Shown here: positions 42,021 to 56,691 of the stretch, in pieces | Layout of the letters: the number at the start of each line of letters is the position of its first letter | Position numbering within the stretch: position 1 is the first letter of the stretch | Origin: the human T2T-CHM13v2.0 reference genome, Homo sapiens | Length of the DNA stretch: 64,000 bases | Assembly: GCF_009914755.1 (NCBI RefSeq) | Contig: NC_060947.1 | Direction: 5' to 3' (one strand) | Position numbers and translations under genes: made by a program | The notes under the pieces: model-generated | Database searches by the model: none | Told to the model about the DNA's origin: nothing | The model's input: only the letters and a program-made list of their open reading frames with translations

Positions 42021-43493
42021 ACTAAGTATTCTAATATTTGTTATATATACAGGAATCCTGATCACCCTTGGGAAGTGATTTTCCTGAGTTTGATCACAAC
42101 CCAACTTGATAGCTATATGGCAAGTAACTCTTTCACTTGCCTTTCTTCCATGCCACTCTGGTGTATTCATCAAAAAGTACTTTTCCCTTGTCAGCTACTG
42201 AGACTTCTATTCTCTATGATAAAAGATTCCATATCCTTATTCCAAACAACTTGCTTACCAATCCCATCTTATCCAGATCCATTAGTGAACCTCCTTGCAT
42301 TATATTGTAACAATGGCCAAACTACGTAGGTCTCTCTTGAAAACAACATGACTAATTCATATTATATTATTCCTGTGAAATTTATACATAAAAATGCTAC
42401 TTGTACTCTACCCCAAATCCACAATTTCCCATGACCTATGGCTTTCACTCCTGATATTTTTTGCAATATCAACAGCAGTACTGTCCTCCTAACCAATCAG
42501 AAACTGGAGGAGCTACAGGGTATCTATTAATTTCTGTAAGACATCTTCTAATACACAAGAAAGTAACACAAACCTTATCTTCATAGAACCCCTTCATAAG
42601 AAGAAATGCATGGCTCATCTGATATTTACAACATCCCCTCCCTTCCAAACCCTGTACAACAATTTATTGGATCATTCAAGTTGATAAAATTAATTAGCTA
42701 TATCACATAGTTTCTTCAATTTTTTCCAACTACTAATATGTAAATATGGCACAATATCTCACTGGATTCACAACCAATCCAACGTATGAAACAATGAAGT
42801 TGTTCAACCCAGAAGAGTCAAGTTTTTCATCAGGTGGACTGTCCATGCCACCCTAACCAGACTGAAGGAATTTGAAGGACTGAAGGTTTCAGCTCTGTTA
42901 CTGACTTCTTAAAGCCATAAAAACTCTTCCTGATTCAAGTGTCTGATGAGAATGATTCCAACAGCCTCTCCCCCTCCTTCATTTTTTGGTCAATCTTTAC
43001 CCAAATCTAAATTCCTGTCCCAGTAGTCTTAATCTCTTAGAATTATTGTTAATTTTTGGCTCTTTGGCATATCCAAACTAAACATTAACACAACCCAGAG
43101 AAGAATGCACAGCATAGAAAGAAATAGGAGCTATATTTTATTCCCTCCCAGGAATGATCTGTTTAAATATGCTCTTGAGTAAGACATATATTGAGCAAAA
43201 CGAATATTTCTTTTAAGCTGGAATGTCCTTTTTCTATATACCATAGTCCAACTAATATGAATATATATATAAAGTTATTTAAAGTTTTATAAAATAGTCA
43301 AGTTGTAAATTTAAAATTCTCTTCAACACATATATATACATACCAACACACACAAAATAAAGAATTAAACATTTCTAATAATGATTATATAAAATCCACA
43401 CTTACCATACACCGTATGTTGAGTTGCAGATTCAGAGATAATATTAACATGTGAACATGTATGTCAAATTGTTAGTAATTAGAAAAATATGTG

Positions 43494-43790
43494 CTAGGTG
43501 CAGCAGCTCATGCCTGTAATCTCAACACTTTGGGAGGCTGATGCAGGAAAATAACTTAAGGCCAGGAAATCGATACCATCCTGGACAACATATCAAGACC
43601 TTGTCTCAACTAAAAATAAAAAATAAAGAAGTTATCCAGGCATGGTGGTGCATGCCTGTAGTCTCACTCAGGAGGCTGAGGCAGGAGGATCACTTGATCC
43701 CAGGAGGTCCAGGCTGTAGTGAGCTGTGGTGGTGCCACTGCACTCCAGCCCGAGTGACAGGGAAAGACCTTGTCTCAATTAAAAAGAATA
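43494..43790 (+). mobile_element. AluJ
   Basis: Diverged dimer with gaggatcacttga and caggctgtagtgagc. Confidence 0.85.
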
Positions 43791-44769
43791 ATGAAAAGAG
43801 AGAAAATCACAGGAGTTCAGGAACAATGGGCACACATGTATTCTATTTTTTTCATCATTTTACCTACAATGAATATGTGAAAGAACCATATAGAAATTCC
43901 ATCATTGTCAGGTATTATGAAGTTTTGCTACTAATCAGGTTTTCTGAGTTTTTTAAGTTAAAAGGGTCTTAAAATATTTTATTATTATCATATTGTCAGT
44001 AATTCTCTTCCACATGCTAATATTAAAGCAAGTTATATAGTAAGAATACCAGTTAAGATTCTGTGTTTGATAATCCTCTATGGTTCCTACCCAGTGAGAA
44101 TGATATAGGACTACAAATACCCAGATTCAATTCTATTCTATTCCATTCTAAGTGGAAAGCAATTCAAGAGAAGAGCTGCTGTGCTCTTACCAGGGGTGTA
44201 ACAGGGCCCATAATTCCTTAACTCTCATTGAAATACTTTTTTCTAGGTTTTATTTCAGCATAAGTTATTTCAAAAAATAATACACATATTTTAAAAGATA
44301 TTTCTACCAGTAGTTATTAAGCAAACACTCATGGAACCTCCATTTAAGTCAAAAACAATATCAACCACCTGCCAGAAAATTTCAATTTATTCCTTATTAA
44401 TTTGAGCACCTTCCTTAAGTTATCTTAATATTTTGGTAATAATTTCCTTCTTTTCCCTGTCATTTTAACACCAGTGATGCATCACTAACTGATATTTTAT
44501 TCCTATGGTTATAAAGTATAATGTATATGTTGTTTCTCATCCTTTTTTGTTCATTATTTTGTTGCTAAAATTCATCAAGTGGTGTGTATCTATAGTTCAT
44601 CAATCTTCACTAATTTTATTTATCCATTCTGCTGTCCTGAGTAATTGGGATGTTTCCAGGTTTTTGGCGATTAAATTCAATATTATGAATATACTGGATA
44701 TGTGTATCTGGTACATATAAGCACTTAGGTCTCCAGGGAAACACTAATATAACTGTCTGCATTGATTTA

Positions 44770-44945
44770 AATGATCTATTTGTCCTGTCCAATATAGTAG
44801 CCAATAGCTGCTGGTGGCTATTGAGCATTTTAAATACAGCAAGTGAAACTAGGGAACAAAGTCTTAATTTTATTTCATTTCATTATGATTAAATTTTATA
44901 CTTAAATAGATACATGTGACTAGTGTCTGTCATTTGATACCACTG
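44770..44945 (+). mobile_element. MER3 fragment
   Basis: ctgtccaatatagtagcca...gtggctattgagcat...tacatgtgactagtg. Confidence 0.7.
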
Positions 44946-45199
44946 ACTAACTTGACAAGTATTTTAATATTAAAGATCCCTGGACTTGAAAGGTGAAATA
45001 AGTACTTCTGATTGCACAAGAGAGTTTACAACAAGAAAATTAAAATTAAAATTCAGGACTTTAAATAATTATCTCAAGTGACAGTCAAATGAACAGAGGG
45101 TTTATATGTCAGCCTTAAAAAACCATCTCTTATTTCTTATAACATCAGAAGCAACATATCTAAAAATAGGACCCCAAATTAACTGCAATATTTGTAAAA

Positions 45200-48100
45200 T
45201 TGCAGTGAAAATTTAATTCATAGATTGTCAAGTTTCAGATGTAAAATTTATAGCATCCATTGGAAAGTAGTGGGACTTTAGGAATTAAATGTGAATATCT
45301 TTTAAAAAGAAATCTAAAGATGAAAAAGATATAAGAGACTTAGACTTTCAAGTCTCCCTGATGTTCCCTTGCTGCTGGAAGCTGACTCTCCTTCTGCCCT
45401 TGAAGAGACTAGGCTTTACTTATGTTAAGGCAATATAATAACATCAACTCAGGCAGCTGTTTTGCAAGTAGATACATATTCTCCTCAAGTCTCATCACAA
45501 CCATTCCTTATTTGCTATAGAACTATAAATAACTTTAGACAAGGGTATGCTCTGAAGCAAAAGTGCTAAGTTAGACCTAGAAAGAAATACAGTGTATTCC
45601 AAAAGTATTTCAGAAATTGGGGAAATATTTGCAAGAGTAGATTCTGAGGGAATCTCTGGTCTTGAAGCAAGTAGGATATTATAAATTATTGGGCTAGGCT
45701 CAATTTACTGATATGGATACACCAAGCAAAAATTTGAGATGACATATATTAAAGTGAATTGGAAATGACTCTAAGAATTTATTTCATTGGTTAATTGAAA
45801 CTTGGACTTGTGAAGGCTTTTATTCAATGATGTTGAGATGCTAGAACTTTTATGGCATACATTAGTGAAAGAAATACAAAGATTTAGAGAGATAGGGATA
45901 TTGTAATGGCTTTGTCATGTACATATTAAATATCTATCTCTACCACTATCTTCAATAAGTCCCAGAAACCATGCCCTTTACTGAGGATCTGTGAAATATA
46001 GTCATGCATTGCTTAACAACGGGGATATATACTCGCAAATATGTCATTTGAGGGTTTTGTTGTCATGCAAACATCATAGAGTGCACTTACAAAAACCTAG
46101 GTGGTATAGCCTACTATACACCTAAGCTATACACCTAACCTAAACCTATTTGTTCCTAGACTATGAACCTGTACAGCATGTTACTGTACTAAATACTGTA
46201 GGTAATTGTAATACAACGTAAGTAGTTGTGTATCTAAACATATCAAAATATAGAAAAGGTACAGTGAATATATAGTATAATAGATTAAAAATGATGTATC
46301 TGGATAGTGCAGTTACCATGAATGTAGCTTGTATGACCGGAAGTTGTTCTTAGTGAGTGAGTGAATAGTGAGTGAATGTGAATGCCTAGAACATTACTGT
46401 ATACTACTTTAGGCTCTATGACCACAGTACACTTAGACTACACTAAATTTATGAAAACGTATTTTTCTTCCTTCAATAATAAATTTACCTTAGCTTACTG
46501 TAAGTTTTTACCTTATAAACTTTTAAATTTATAAAGGTAGAACGAGTACTTTTGATTGACAGGAGAGCTTACACCTTAAAAGGGGTACTTAAGTACTTAT
46601 TCCAGCATTTTAACTTCTTGACTCTTTTGTAATAACACTTAGCTTAAAACACAGACACATTGTATAGCTGTACAAAAATATTTTCTTTCTTTATTTTCTT
46701 ATTCTATATGCTTTTTTCCATGTTTAGTGTTTTTTATTTATTTATTTTTACTTTTGAAACTTTTTTGTTAAAAACTAAGACACAGACACACACTTTAGCC
46801 TAGGCCTACATAGGGTCAGGATTACCAATATCACTGTCTTCTACCTCCACACCTTGTCCCCCACTGGAAGGGCTTCAGGGGCAATAACATGCATGGAGCT
46901 GTCATCTTCTATATAACAATACCTTTTTCTGGGTACCTCCTAAAGGACCTGCCTGAGGCTGTTTACAATGAGCATTTTTTATAAGTAGGAGTATACTCTA
47001 AAATAGCAGTAAAATATAGTATAGTAAATACTAGGTGATAGAAATATTTTAGCTCCTGTATAATCTTATGGAACCACTGTGGTTTATGCAGTCCATTACT
47101 GACTGAAACATCAGTAAGTGGCCCATACTGTAACTTCAGGTGGGAACTTCAGCTTCTTGGAAATGTTCTGTGGTATCTTTCTTTTGTACTGCAGATTGTA
47201 GGAGATGTCACCATTAGTCTACCAATTTCAGTGGGGTTAACAGTATTTCAGAGTGACAAAGGCTAAGTTACAGTGTTTAATGATCTTAGACAAGGTGGAC
47301 ACATTTAACAAAACGGACAGCAGAAACAAAATGGTAATTACAATATTTTGACCTATAGGATCTTTGGCAGTAGGATATTCATCAAATAAATTTTATATAT
47401 GAGCAGTCTATAAAAATATTACTTCACCTCTATAACAAAAAAATGTCTAGGCCTTTTAGCCAGAAACTGGACTTGAGTTGTCAAATGGTGACTCACTCCC
47501 ACGTTTCTGGACTTAAGCCAGTTCATGAACTTTAGGCCCTTGGACTGATAGAGAGTCCGGGCCCCCTTGAGGAAGAGCCCTGCAAGACTGTGAATATTTC
47601 TTGAAGCCATCTCCAACATTATCTAACGTCATTTACAAAGGTTATTGCATACTGGAGAAAGAGAAATATCCAGATGTTTCAGAGATTACTAGACACTCAT
47701 ATGAATTGACAATAATTGCTGGGAACCAAAACTATCTCTCTGGTCTATTAGTTAAATAAAAACATGGAGGTTAGGGATAAGAGTAGAATTGACCTAAGTC
47801 AGTCTCTTATAGGGCCAGTAGAGCAAAAACTCACTCTGTGGCTATGTTTTTCCCAGTTCTTTAATGTGTAATTACCTCCTTCAACCATAGATGACAGTGA
47901 GAATAAAAAGGACCAAATGCAAGTTGTTTTGACTTCCTCTCTTCACCAGGAAAATTAACCAAAAGCGCTTCTGATTCCCAGAGAAAACTGCTGAGTTGAG
48001 TCCTACCGTCAAAGACTTGAAAAAATATATATATTCAATTTAACTCATTTGTTTGCCCTGCACATATCTTGGAGACTGACTGTGTAACTGACTGACATCT

Positions 48101-49207
48101 GATTGTAAACTTAACAGATGTTGATTTAATTTACAGCCACTGTTACAGCTGTGGTACCTTTACTGGAACAAATCAACACAACTCTAGCATGGAGAAATAA
48201 TTATCGATCTGGCAAATGCTTTTTTCTCTACATGGATTTGCGAGGCACAGTAGCAGAAGATCATTTTCACTGCATTGTTTCAGGGCTGTGTCAATGTGCC
48301 TACTTCCTGCCATAAGGAGGTTAACAGGATGTTCATGATGATATGCCTCAGAATACCATAGTTCACTATATTGATAACATCAAATTGACTGGACCTGATG
48401 AACAGCAATTAATAAGATATATTTTGGTAAAATACATGGGCATTTAGTGTATATCCCTGAGCCAATGGGCAGACAAGGAGGTTATTCCACTGGCTGAAGT
48501 GGTTATTTGAGACTGCCAAGAAAAAAATGGTATTGCTGATACATGATGGGAAAGAATAAGCTATGCTGGCAACCCAGCAGATTCTTTAGGATTCTCTATT
48601 ACTTTATTGTACGATAGCAAATGCTAATAGAAAAGTTTAGCAACCAAAACACCCCCATAGAAAAAATGAGGAGTCAAATCTTTTAGTAATGTAGTTTTAG
48701 GTTATCCTGACAGGTAAAGAATCCAGATTGATTAAAGCTTTTCCTGAGGACAAAAATAATACGGAATAGTTTGAAAGAAGGAACGTATATCAACTCAGGC
48801 CTTTTTTAACCTACAGAAATAACAGACACATCAGATATGCATATTTTCTTTCTTGATTGTTATGTGTGTATATATATGTACATGTAATGATATTTTTTTT
48901 ATCCCTTATCCTTTCCAGTTACTATTTTATATGAGGATCTGGGGTATAGTTAACTTTACTACTTAGTGTTTAGGTTACAGAGCATTTGGAATAGCTTGTG
49001 ACAGAGCTAGAAATGGATTTCACATTGCCCAGGGACGCATACTTTATTTGTTAAGACTCTTTTAGGAAAGAAGAGGTGAATGTCTTTGTATAAAACATTG
49101 GCACATCTTGTTAGCAGAACCATGAAGAAGCCATTATTGCTGCTATGTAGAAGTTCAAACATGTGGTGTGGTTTATAATTTAATGCAACGTAGCCAAAGG
49201 GGAGGAC
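45200..49207 (+). mobile_element. Decayed ERVL-class internal region (gag-pro-pol remnants)
   Basis: Protease LLDT (47686-47697), RT IDLANAFFS (48203-48229) and VHYIDN (48361-48378); polypurine tract aaaggggaggac then TG at 49208. Confidence 0.75.
45999..47131 (+). mobile_element. Tigger3b (MER7B) inserted in the ERVL
   Basis: TA-flanked TIRs (agtcatgcattgcttaacaacggggata / gactgaaacatcagtaagtggcccatactg), about 1.1 kb. Confidence 0.85.
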
Positions 49208-52200
49208 TGTGTCAGTCACTTATGTAGCATACTCTACTCCAAATCCACCATTTAATAATATTTTACATGATAGGCCTGTGTAAAAAAAAAAAAAAATGCT
49301 TACCTTTGGCCAGCAAAGGCACTAGAGAAGATTGGAAGGCAACAGGAAAGAAGAAGAGATATCTTTGCTGTTCCTGCTAATAAAATAAATACCAGTATAA
49401 AAATTTTGCCTTCGTAGCTGCAGTTACTTGCAGCTTACATTTACTTTCTGAAATCCCAGAACTAATGGCATTGTTCCCTACCATTGGTGTTCAATGTTGT
49501 TGAAAAAAAAGGAATGAATAAATACATCAATGTCAGGGTTGAGATTAATTCAATATAATATTTATTCCAACTTATTTATTACACAGAAATTCTTGAGAAA
49601 TATACTTGTTTACATCAAGTAACTAAGAGAAACAAAAATATTGAAGAATAAAAAATTAAGCATAATAAATATAAAGTTCAAGAAATCTCCTATTTTTCTT
49701 TAAAATCCACAAGAAATTATATATGTGTAATCTACATGTGGTAGTTAGGGAAGAGTTAAACAGCAAATTTCTAACTGTAGCAAGCAAATAGGGAAACATT
49801 TTCATTCATAATGAAAATAATGAAAATGCCATGAAGAGAAAGGTAGTTGAATTATGAGGGAAATATTTCTAAAAAACACTTAGCTAGAAATATATTTTTC
49901 CTCCACCTGAAAACATAAAAGTTCCATCATGTTTCTTATTGAAGAGACTTACAAAAATAATTATATGGGTGAACTACATTTCTAGACATTATTATACTTC
50001 ATAGACTTTTACCAGAGCAATTAAGAACATCAGTAGGATAACATACACTAAATAAAATTGATGAACTTTAGGTAATCAAGTCGAGTTGACACTTTAAAAG
50101 CACTGAGTAATTACAGAGAAGAAAATTAGTCCATAGTCTAGCAACACGGAGATGAACCTGTTTGATATGGACTAGAAATAGACATAGAACTGAACAAATT
50201 GGGTTAGAGACAGATCCAGGAACTAAATACTTTGTGTATCCTGACTTCCAGTGCAATGATACATGAGGTAGGTACTGTACTCATAGAACCTATCGAGCAT
50301 CTAGACAAAATGTAGATTCTTATTCAGTACATTCTACATTTCTAACAAGTTCTCAAGTTAAATGGATGGAGATGTAGAGGACTCTGCCTTACCATTCCTT
50401 TTCCACAATAAATACTACTATGACCAACAAATGAAATATAGTAAAAGATCATTGGTGGATAAAATACATAATATTGATAATATTATTGATGAATAATACT
50501 CCCGAATAAAAAAATGAATCTATCACTTTAGTAGACGTGAAGTACTTTCAAAATTTATAAATAATACATTTTAGGAAGCCTGCAAGCCTGGGTACCTTTT
50601 TCAGAGAATTTCCATCTTTAGCACACTAACAGAAGTGGGAATCTAAAATGCTTCAATACATAACTTCTTCCTGTGATTATGGCTAAACAGACCTCTTATC
50701 CAGGGCAAGACACATAGTTTCTGTCCTCTGGGAATTTGGAGGACAGATTCATTTATAACTTATTGTGGACACTAGTTATAGAAGGTCATGTAACCTCAAG
50801 GGTTGAAAGTGACCTCATTTGCATTTCAACATTATGGATTGTGGTCAATAAAAGAAAAGGAAGGCAGGATGCAGAGAAGGGAGCAACACAGACATAAGCA
50901 GAAAAAGAAAAGGAAAATCCATAAAGCAAACAGGAGATGTTAAGGTGAAGCGACCTTGGTCACGGAAGACTTTTCATATTTTGTGTTGAGTTTCAGGTAA
51001 GGCTGTTTGCCGCTTTGCTTTTCCTGAAATTTCCTTTATTTTTTCCTTCAAATTAACTCCAGTGATTTTCTGGAGTTTTGTTTTGTTTTGTTTTTGCAAC
51101 CAAAGGATCCCCTCACAAGAAAGCTCAGAATCCGTTATTCTTTTCAAGAGGTGGGGAAACTGAGACCAAGGTATCTTCTAAGTAATTCTAACCCAAGATC
51201 ATGTATCTAGGAGGTTTAACCACTCCTCAGCCCCCAGTCAGAAATGACAAGATCATTCTAAAAGAATGTGCACCCATGCAGTCACTCATACAATAAATTC
51301 ATATCAAGAAATATACTCTGTGGAAAATGTATACCTTGTGAGAACATGTATGTTGGGATATTGATATGGTCACAAAAACTTGGAGAGAAAACAGTAAATA
51401 TGCAAAAGTGAGGAAGTAGTTATTTAAATCATAGTATAGCATTTCCTTTACATTATATGCAGGCATTTTAAATGATTATTACAAAACTACATAACAATAT
51501 TGACATTTCTAGGACAAAATGTTTAGTTCTTAAAAACAGAAAACAAGTGTTTATTAAAGGTCTTGCAACCTAGTAAAATTTATATGTGTATGGATAAGTA
51601 TGGAAGAAATCAGGTCGTCTGCTCTTGAGTTTTAGTTTGTGAAATGTATGAAAATGGCTATAAAATCAACCTTTTCTACCCATAATATTATAATATTTAT
51701 CTGTGAAATAAATATGGATGATAAGTTAATTTATTGTAGGCCAAAATATGTAAAACATGAACTTAGGAAAATACAAAACACTTCCATCTTCCACAATTTC
51801 ATTAGCTAGAAAAACAATTTATGAAGATAAATAGTGAGAACTATTAGGGAAATATTAATGTTAGTCATTACCAGTAGCTAAACTTTTAAAACAATTTTGA
51901 AAAATTGTGGAATCCTATAAAGTAATTTAGCCTGTGGCTTATAAAAGTAAATTATTTCATTTAATTTAATGCAACAAACATCTGTATGACAATGTAATTG
52001 GGCCTAATGAAAAAGATAAAACAATCTACTCTCAAGAAATTTGTAGTCAAGTGGGAAAATAGATATAAAATAATATATCATAATGTATTGGGTGGAACAG
52101 TATTAATATATCAAGCACACAGTTCCATTTCTTGAATTTTTGAATAAATTTCCTTGATATCTGCCCCATTGCCTAATAACTAAGTTGCCTTTTCTGTTTT

Positions 52201-52719
52201 AAAACATGGCTTTCCTTTTATCATATCTCCATAACATTTATGTATTTGTCAAAGGTATTTCCTTCTACAAAATGTGTCCCATTTGTCCATCATGCTATCC
52301 TACTAATTCTCATTCCAGCAACCATGCTGTTCAAATGACTGTGACTGATCAGGAGGCTTAATTAACTTGTCAAGGGAAAGATAGTTGTTTTCAGTCCATT
52401 TTCACTTTTCCATATGGCAAAAAAGTCCATCTCCAGCATGCATTTATAGATATATGTGCTGCATTGTGAAATGATGGCAAATTATCTAAACTTACCCCCT
52501 AGAAATTAGAATGAGGGCTACAAATAAATAATAATAAACACCAAAGGTTTCTTTTATTTTTTTTTTCAGAGATTTACATCCCAATAGGTGAAAGAGTAAC
52601 CCCATCTTCTTTGCCAGTGCTAGTTTCAGAAATAGATGTGTAATGTGATTTAGAACATTGAGACACAAAGGAAGGTTTTGCTCAGGGGTTCTGGGAAAGC
52701 TCTTCTATATTCTTTTGAT

Positions 52720-52978
52720 TTTTTTTTTTAACAGACAGTCTCACTTTGTCACCCAGGCTCAAGTGCAGTGGCACAATCATAGCTCACTGCAACCTTAAAC
52801 TCCTGTGCTCCTGTCTCAGTAAGTGGGACTACAGGCTCCTGTCATCACTTCTGCCTATTTTTTTATACATATATATTTCTTTAGATATAAGGTCTCCCTA
52901 TGTTGCTCAGGCTGGTCTCAAAATCCTGGCCTCAAGCAATCCTCCTGCCTCAGTCACCAGAGCCACCACATCAGGGCT
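52720..52978 (-). mobile_element. AluJ, degenerate
   Basis: Poly(T), cacaatcatagctcactgc, tatgttgctcaggctggtctc. Confidence 0.85.
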
Positions 52979-53529
52979 GAAATTATTATTCATTTATTTA
53001 TTTATGCATTTTAGAAGCAGCTCTCCCCTTTCTTTTTTCTCTGTTCCTTTTTTGATATGGGGTCTGAATTTGAGTAAGCCATCTTGCTCCTAGTCTATGA
53101 ATGAAGCCAGCCACCAGTAGAGAAAAGAGCAAAGAGAATCTGTGAGCAAAGGAACACGATTGCCAACTCTGAAGACTGCTTATGTGTTATGAGACAACAC
53201 ATTTTCATGTTTAAGCTATTTTGGTTTTGGCTTTGTTGTTTTCTGTGAAGACATTCATTCATTCACTGACAAATATTTACTGTGCAATTAATATGAACTA
53301 GGAAATGTTCTAAGGGTTGGGTGACACAAGAAGTGGGAAAAAAAGCTAAAAATTTCTACCTTCATAGAGACCACATTCTACTGGATTATAATGAAATCAT
53401 TCTACCTGATGAAGATTTATAATAGTGATTTTGAAATAAATTCATAATTTGGAATCAGTCCTAGGACATAGATACACCTTAAAGTGCAAAACTTTTTAAA
53501 ATTTTGAGAAGAAAATTACATAGTTATAG

Positions 53530-53897
53530 CAGAAGCTGTTGAGGTCACCTTTAGTTCCCATTCATGTCTATGGATTCCTCTGCCTATTCTCTGGATATAA
53601 GAGTCCAGAAATGCCATGAGGGAGAGTGAATGCTCCAGATGCAATCTTCAACCAATCAGGAATGGGAGTCGGCGGGTTTATGTCCCAGCTCCCTGACCCC
53701 TCAGTGTAGAAATTCGAAGGTTTATTCTCCCATGGATTTAACCTGATCACTAATGCACCCTTTAGATTCCTTACTACCTTCTTGGTTTCACTTTCCCACT
53801 TTGATGCCATATTTTCTGAAATCACCTCTCAAATAAACCACTTGTACCAAAATCCTTGTCAAAGAGTCCACATTTGGAGGAACCCAAACTAAGATGA
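53530..53897 (+). mobile_element. LTR16-like ERVL solo LTR
   Basis: caaccaatcaggaatggga...atcacctctcaaataaaccacttgtac...gaggaacccaaactaaga. Confidence 0.6.
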
Positions 53898-56569
53898 TGG
53901 TAAATACAGCTATCAATTGTGTATCTCTTCTTCTCCATGCTTCTTCTTTAAATTTAAGCTGCAGCATTCTCCAGTGATACAGAAATACCAGGATAAAAAC
54001 AAGACAAGAGAATTTCTCTCCTTCATTCTATTGTTCTTCCACTCTTTCCTTCTTTTTTTTTTTTTTTCATTTTCAGACAATATCCTGGGCCTTACATAAA
54101 TATCCACAGTACTTATTAGTCCTGTTTAATTTTCTGTGACTAATTCTTCTGATAGGTCTTTCTGCCCAAAATACGTAGCATAGATTGGAGACTACAGAGA
54201 AGTCAGCCAATCACAGGGAACACAGTGAGTAATGTGTTATGTTGATAATATAACGATCACTCCATCCTGTTTATATGTATCTGTGTTGACTCCCTGTAAA
54301 AGCAGCAGCCCAATGCCAGGAAAAAAATTGAAGATAAACTTTCCTGTGACAACATAAGGTGTTTTATTTTTATTTTCATTTTTAATCAGAAGACAAAAAA
54401 TAAAAACTACTTTCACAACTACTTAAGGATCTTTGTAAAGTTTTTTTGCAGTTTTATTAAAATCTTGGTAACAGAAATGCATATATTTTTATTCCTTGTG
54501 TCTTATAGCCCATGAAGTTTTAAAGTATGTCAGCTGGTTTTCATTTTCTATATTTAATTCTTCCTTTTTTTTCTTACTGGCATAGAGCTGGCATAATTCA
54601 CTGAAATTATTCACTAAATTCAGTTATTTTAAATTTGAAATACTAACATTCTTTCCAGTTCATTGAGCAAATTGTATACGACACAAACCTTTTAGTAATT
54701 GTGAAGTTAAGCTGAATTTATGCAGGGTAGATTCTCTGCTAAATTGAAAATAATTCTAGGATGTATGTCTGGTTCTGTGTGTGCGTGTGTGTGACCATGT
54801 GTTCATGAATGAGCTCAGGTATGTATGCTTGGAGGAGAACGTGAGGTGAAGAGGGTCATTTCAGACAAACTTCTATAGTGTTTGTTTTGGATTAAATTAG
54901 ACTGCTAGTCTGAACTAAGAAGTAGTATTTCTCCTAATTAATCAAGCTAGTCCTAGGTACATTTTGCATATCATTCATTCTGACCAAATGGGAAACACTA
55001 TCCGTATTCCCCTTAATTATTAATCTATGCTGTTTCTATCAAAAGGGCACAGATAAAAGGCTTGAAGAGCTTCCAATTTGAAATTAATCTTTTTAACTTC
55101 CAGTAAGTTATTGGGGTGGCCCACAGAATCAAGGTACCTCTTATATTGTAAAATCTTTACAAGTACCTGTTTCCCAAATGGGCTTTACCTCTGCATCATC
55201 AAAACCTAGAGCCCAGGCCATGATGACTTGGGAAGCTGGTGAAATTCCTAGTTAGCATTTTATGAAGTACATGGCCTTAACTAAGAAGAAGTCAATTTTA
55301 ACATTCAAGAAATATCAATGGTAGTGGGCCTCAATCTTTATGATTCATGAGGTTCAAGGACTGTAGCTGGTGCCCGGAATTTAGCAAGTGGTGCCTATCT
55401 ACATATAACTTGGCCTTTTATCTTAACCAGAACTCTCAGAAACTGTAGAGCAAGTAGCTCTGTTGCTTATAGCCTTTGAAGTATAAGCATGTATGAAACT
55501 GAATAACTTCTACCAATTCTGATGAGCCTGCCTCCGTTGGACTACAGCTTTGGAACTTATGAGAGGAATCATCACTTAAATGTATTACTTTGAAGCACAA
55601 ATACCTGCAAAACTGAACTCCAATTAATCCTAGTCTTATATGTGGCTATCCGAACAAGGTTCCTTCATTCAGCCAGACTCTAGACTTTAAACTGGACACA
55701 TAAATGTATTGGCCACCATATTAGCAGCCTTATAATCAAGCCCACATACCAGGCATTGTGGAGGAAACAGTACAGTTGAATCATTTACTCCAACTCAATC
55801 TGCAGGAAATTGTCTTCATGTTTTCTAGTTATTTCTGCCCTTGTCTTTGCATGTCTCTAGTGTTCTGATCTTAAAAGCAATTATGTGATACATATTTTCC
55901 CAGTGAAACTCCTTATTCTCTGATGTTATAGCTGGATGAAATGCAAATATGCTTCACATACCATCTAAAAGAAACATCAGATAAGACACCATAGAAGGAC
56001 AGATAGAACTATTCAAAAGTGACAGTCAAGTTTAGTGCAGGAAATAAAAAGCCCCCTTCCCTTAATGCATGTCAGCAAACCAAAAAGAATAATGGGAACA
56101 TCGTTGTATAAATGGATGCTAATTAATGTCCAGTGCTCAAGTCTTACATATTTTATCAATGAAGAAAAATGACTGCAGAGAAACCACCAAAAAGAAATTT
56201 AATTTGCTTGAACATCAGAGCAGGCTTTAAAAAGCAGAATGAAAGTTTTCAAAGCTATTGCTATTTCTCAGCTTCCCATATTACTGGGAAAAAATTGCTG
56301 GCAAATACCATGTCAAAAGGTCATTCAACTTTTTAGAAGATGCTTGTTTGAAAATTCTTATTTCTCTCAATCTCTATGGATTCCTTAATCCTACCATCTT
56401 TTTGTGTCTGCAATGAATTTTAGTATAAAGGAATGGCTTTCTAGATGAAAGAAGTCAAATATATTTAGAAAGAGCCATTGAAATTCCAAGGACATTTTCT
56501 TTCTTGTGTTTCTTGCTTTTGAAGATATGAATAGAACAAATAAAGTTTATAATAAATCCAGATATTTTC

Positions 56570-56691
56570 TTTTTTTTTTTTTTTCTCTTTAACAATTTAT
56601 TCTTCTATTGACTAGGAATTGAAATGGTCATACTTCGGCTCTATCTGGTTAAATAAAATGTTTTATTATAATAAATCTCACCTGTTTCTAC
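56570..56691 (-). other. L1 3' transduction (~107 bp) plus second poly(A) tail
   Basis: Non-L1 sequence 56585-56691 between the L1 tail (T14, 56692-56705) and a second T15 (56570-56584) abutting the TSD; AATAAA on the minus strand at 56596-56601. Confidence 0.92.
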
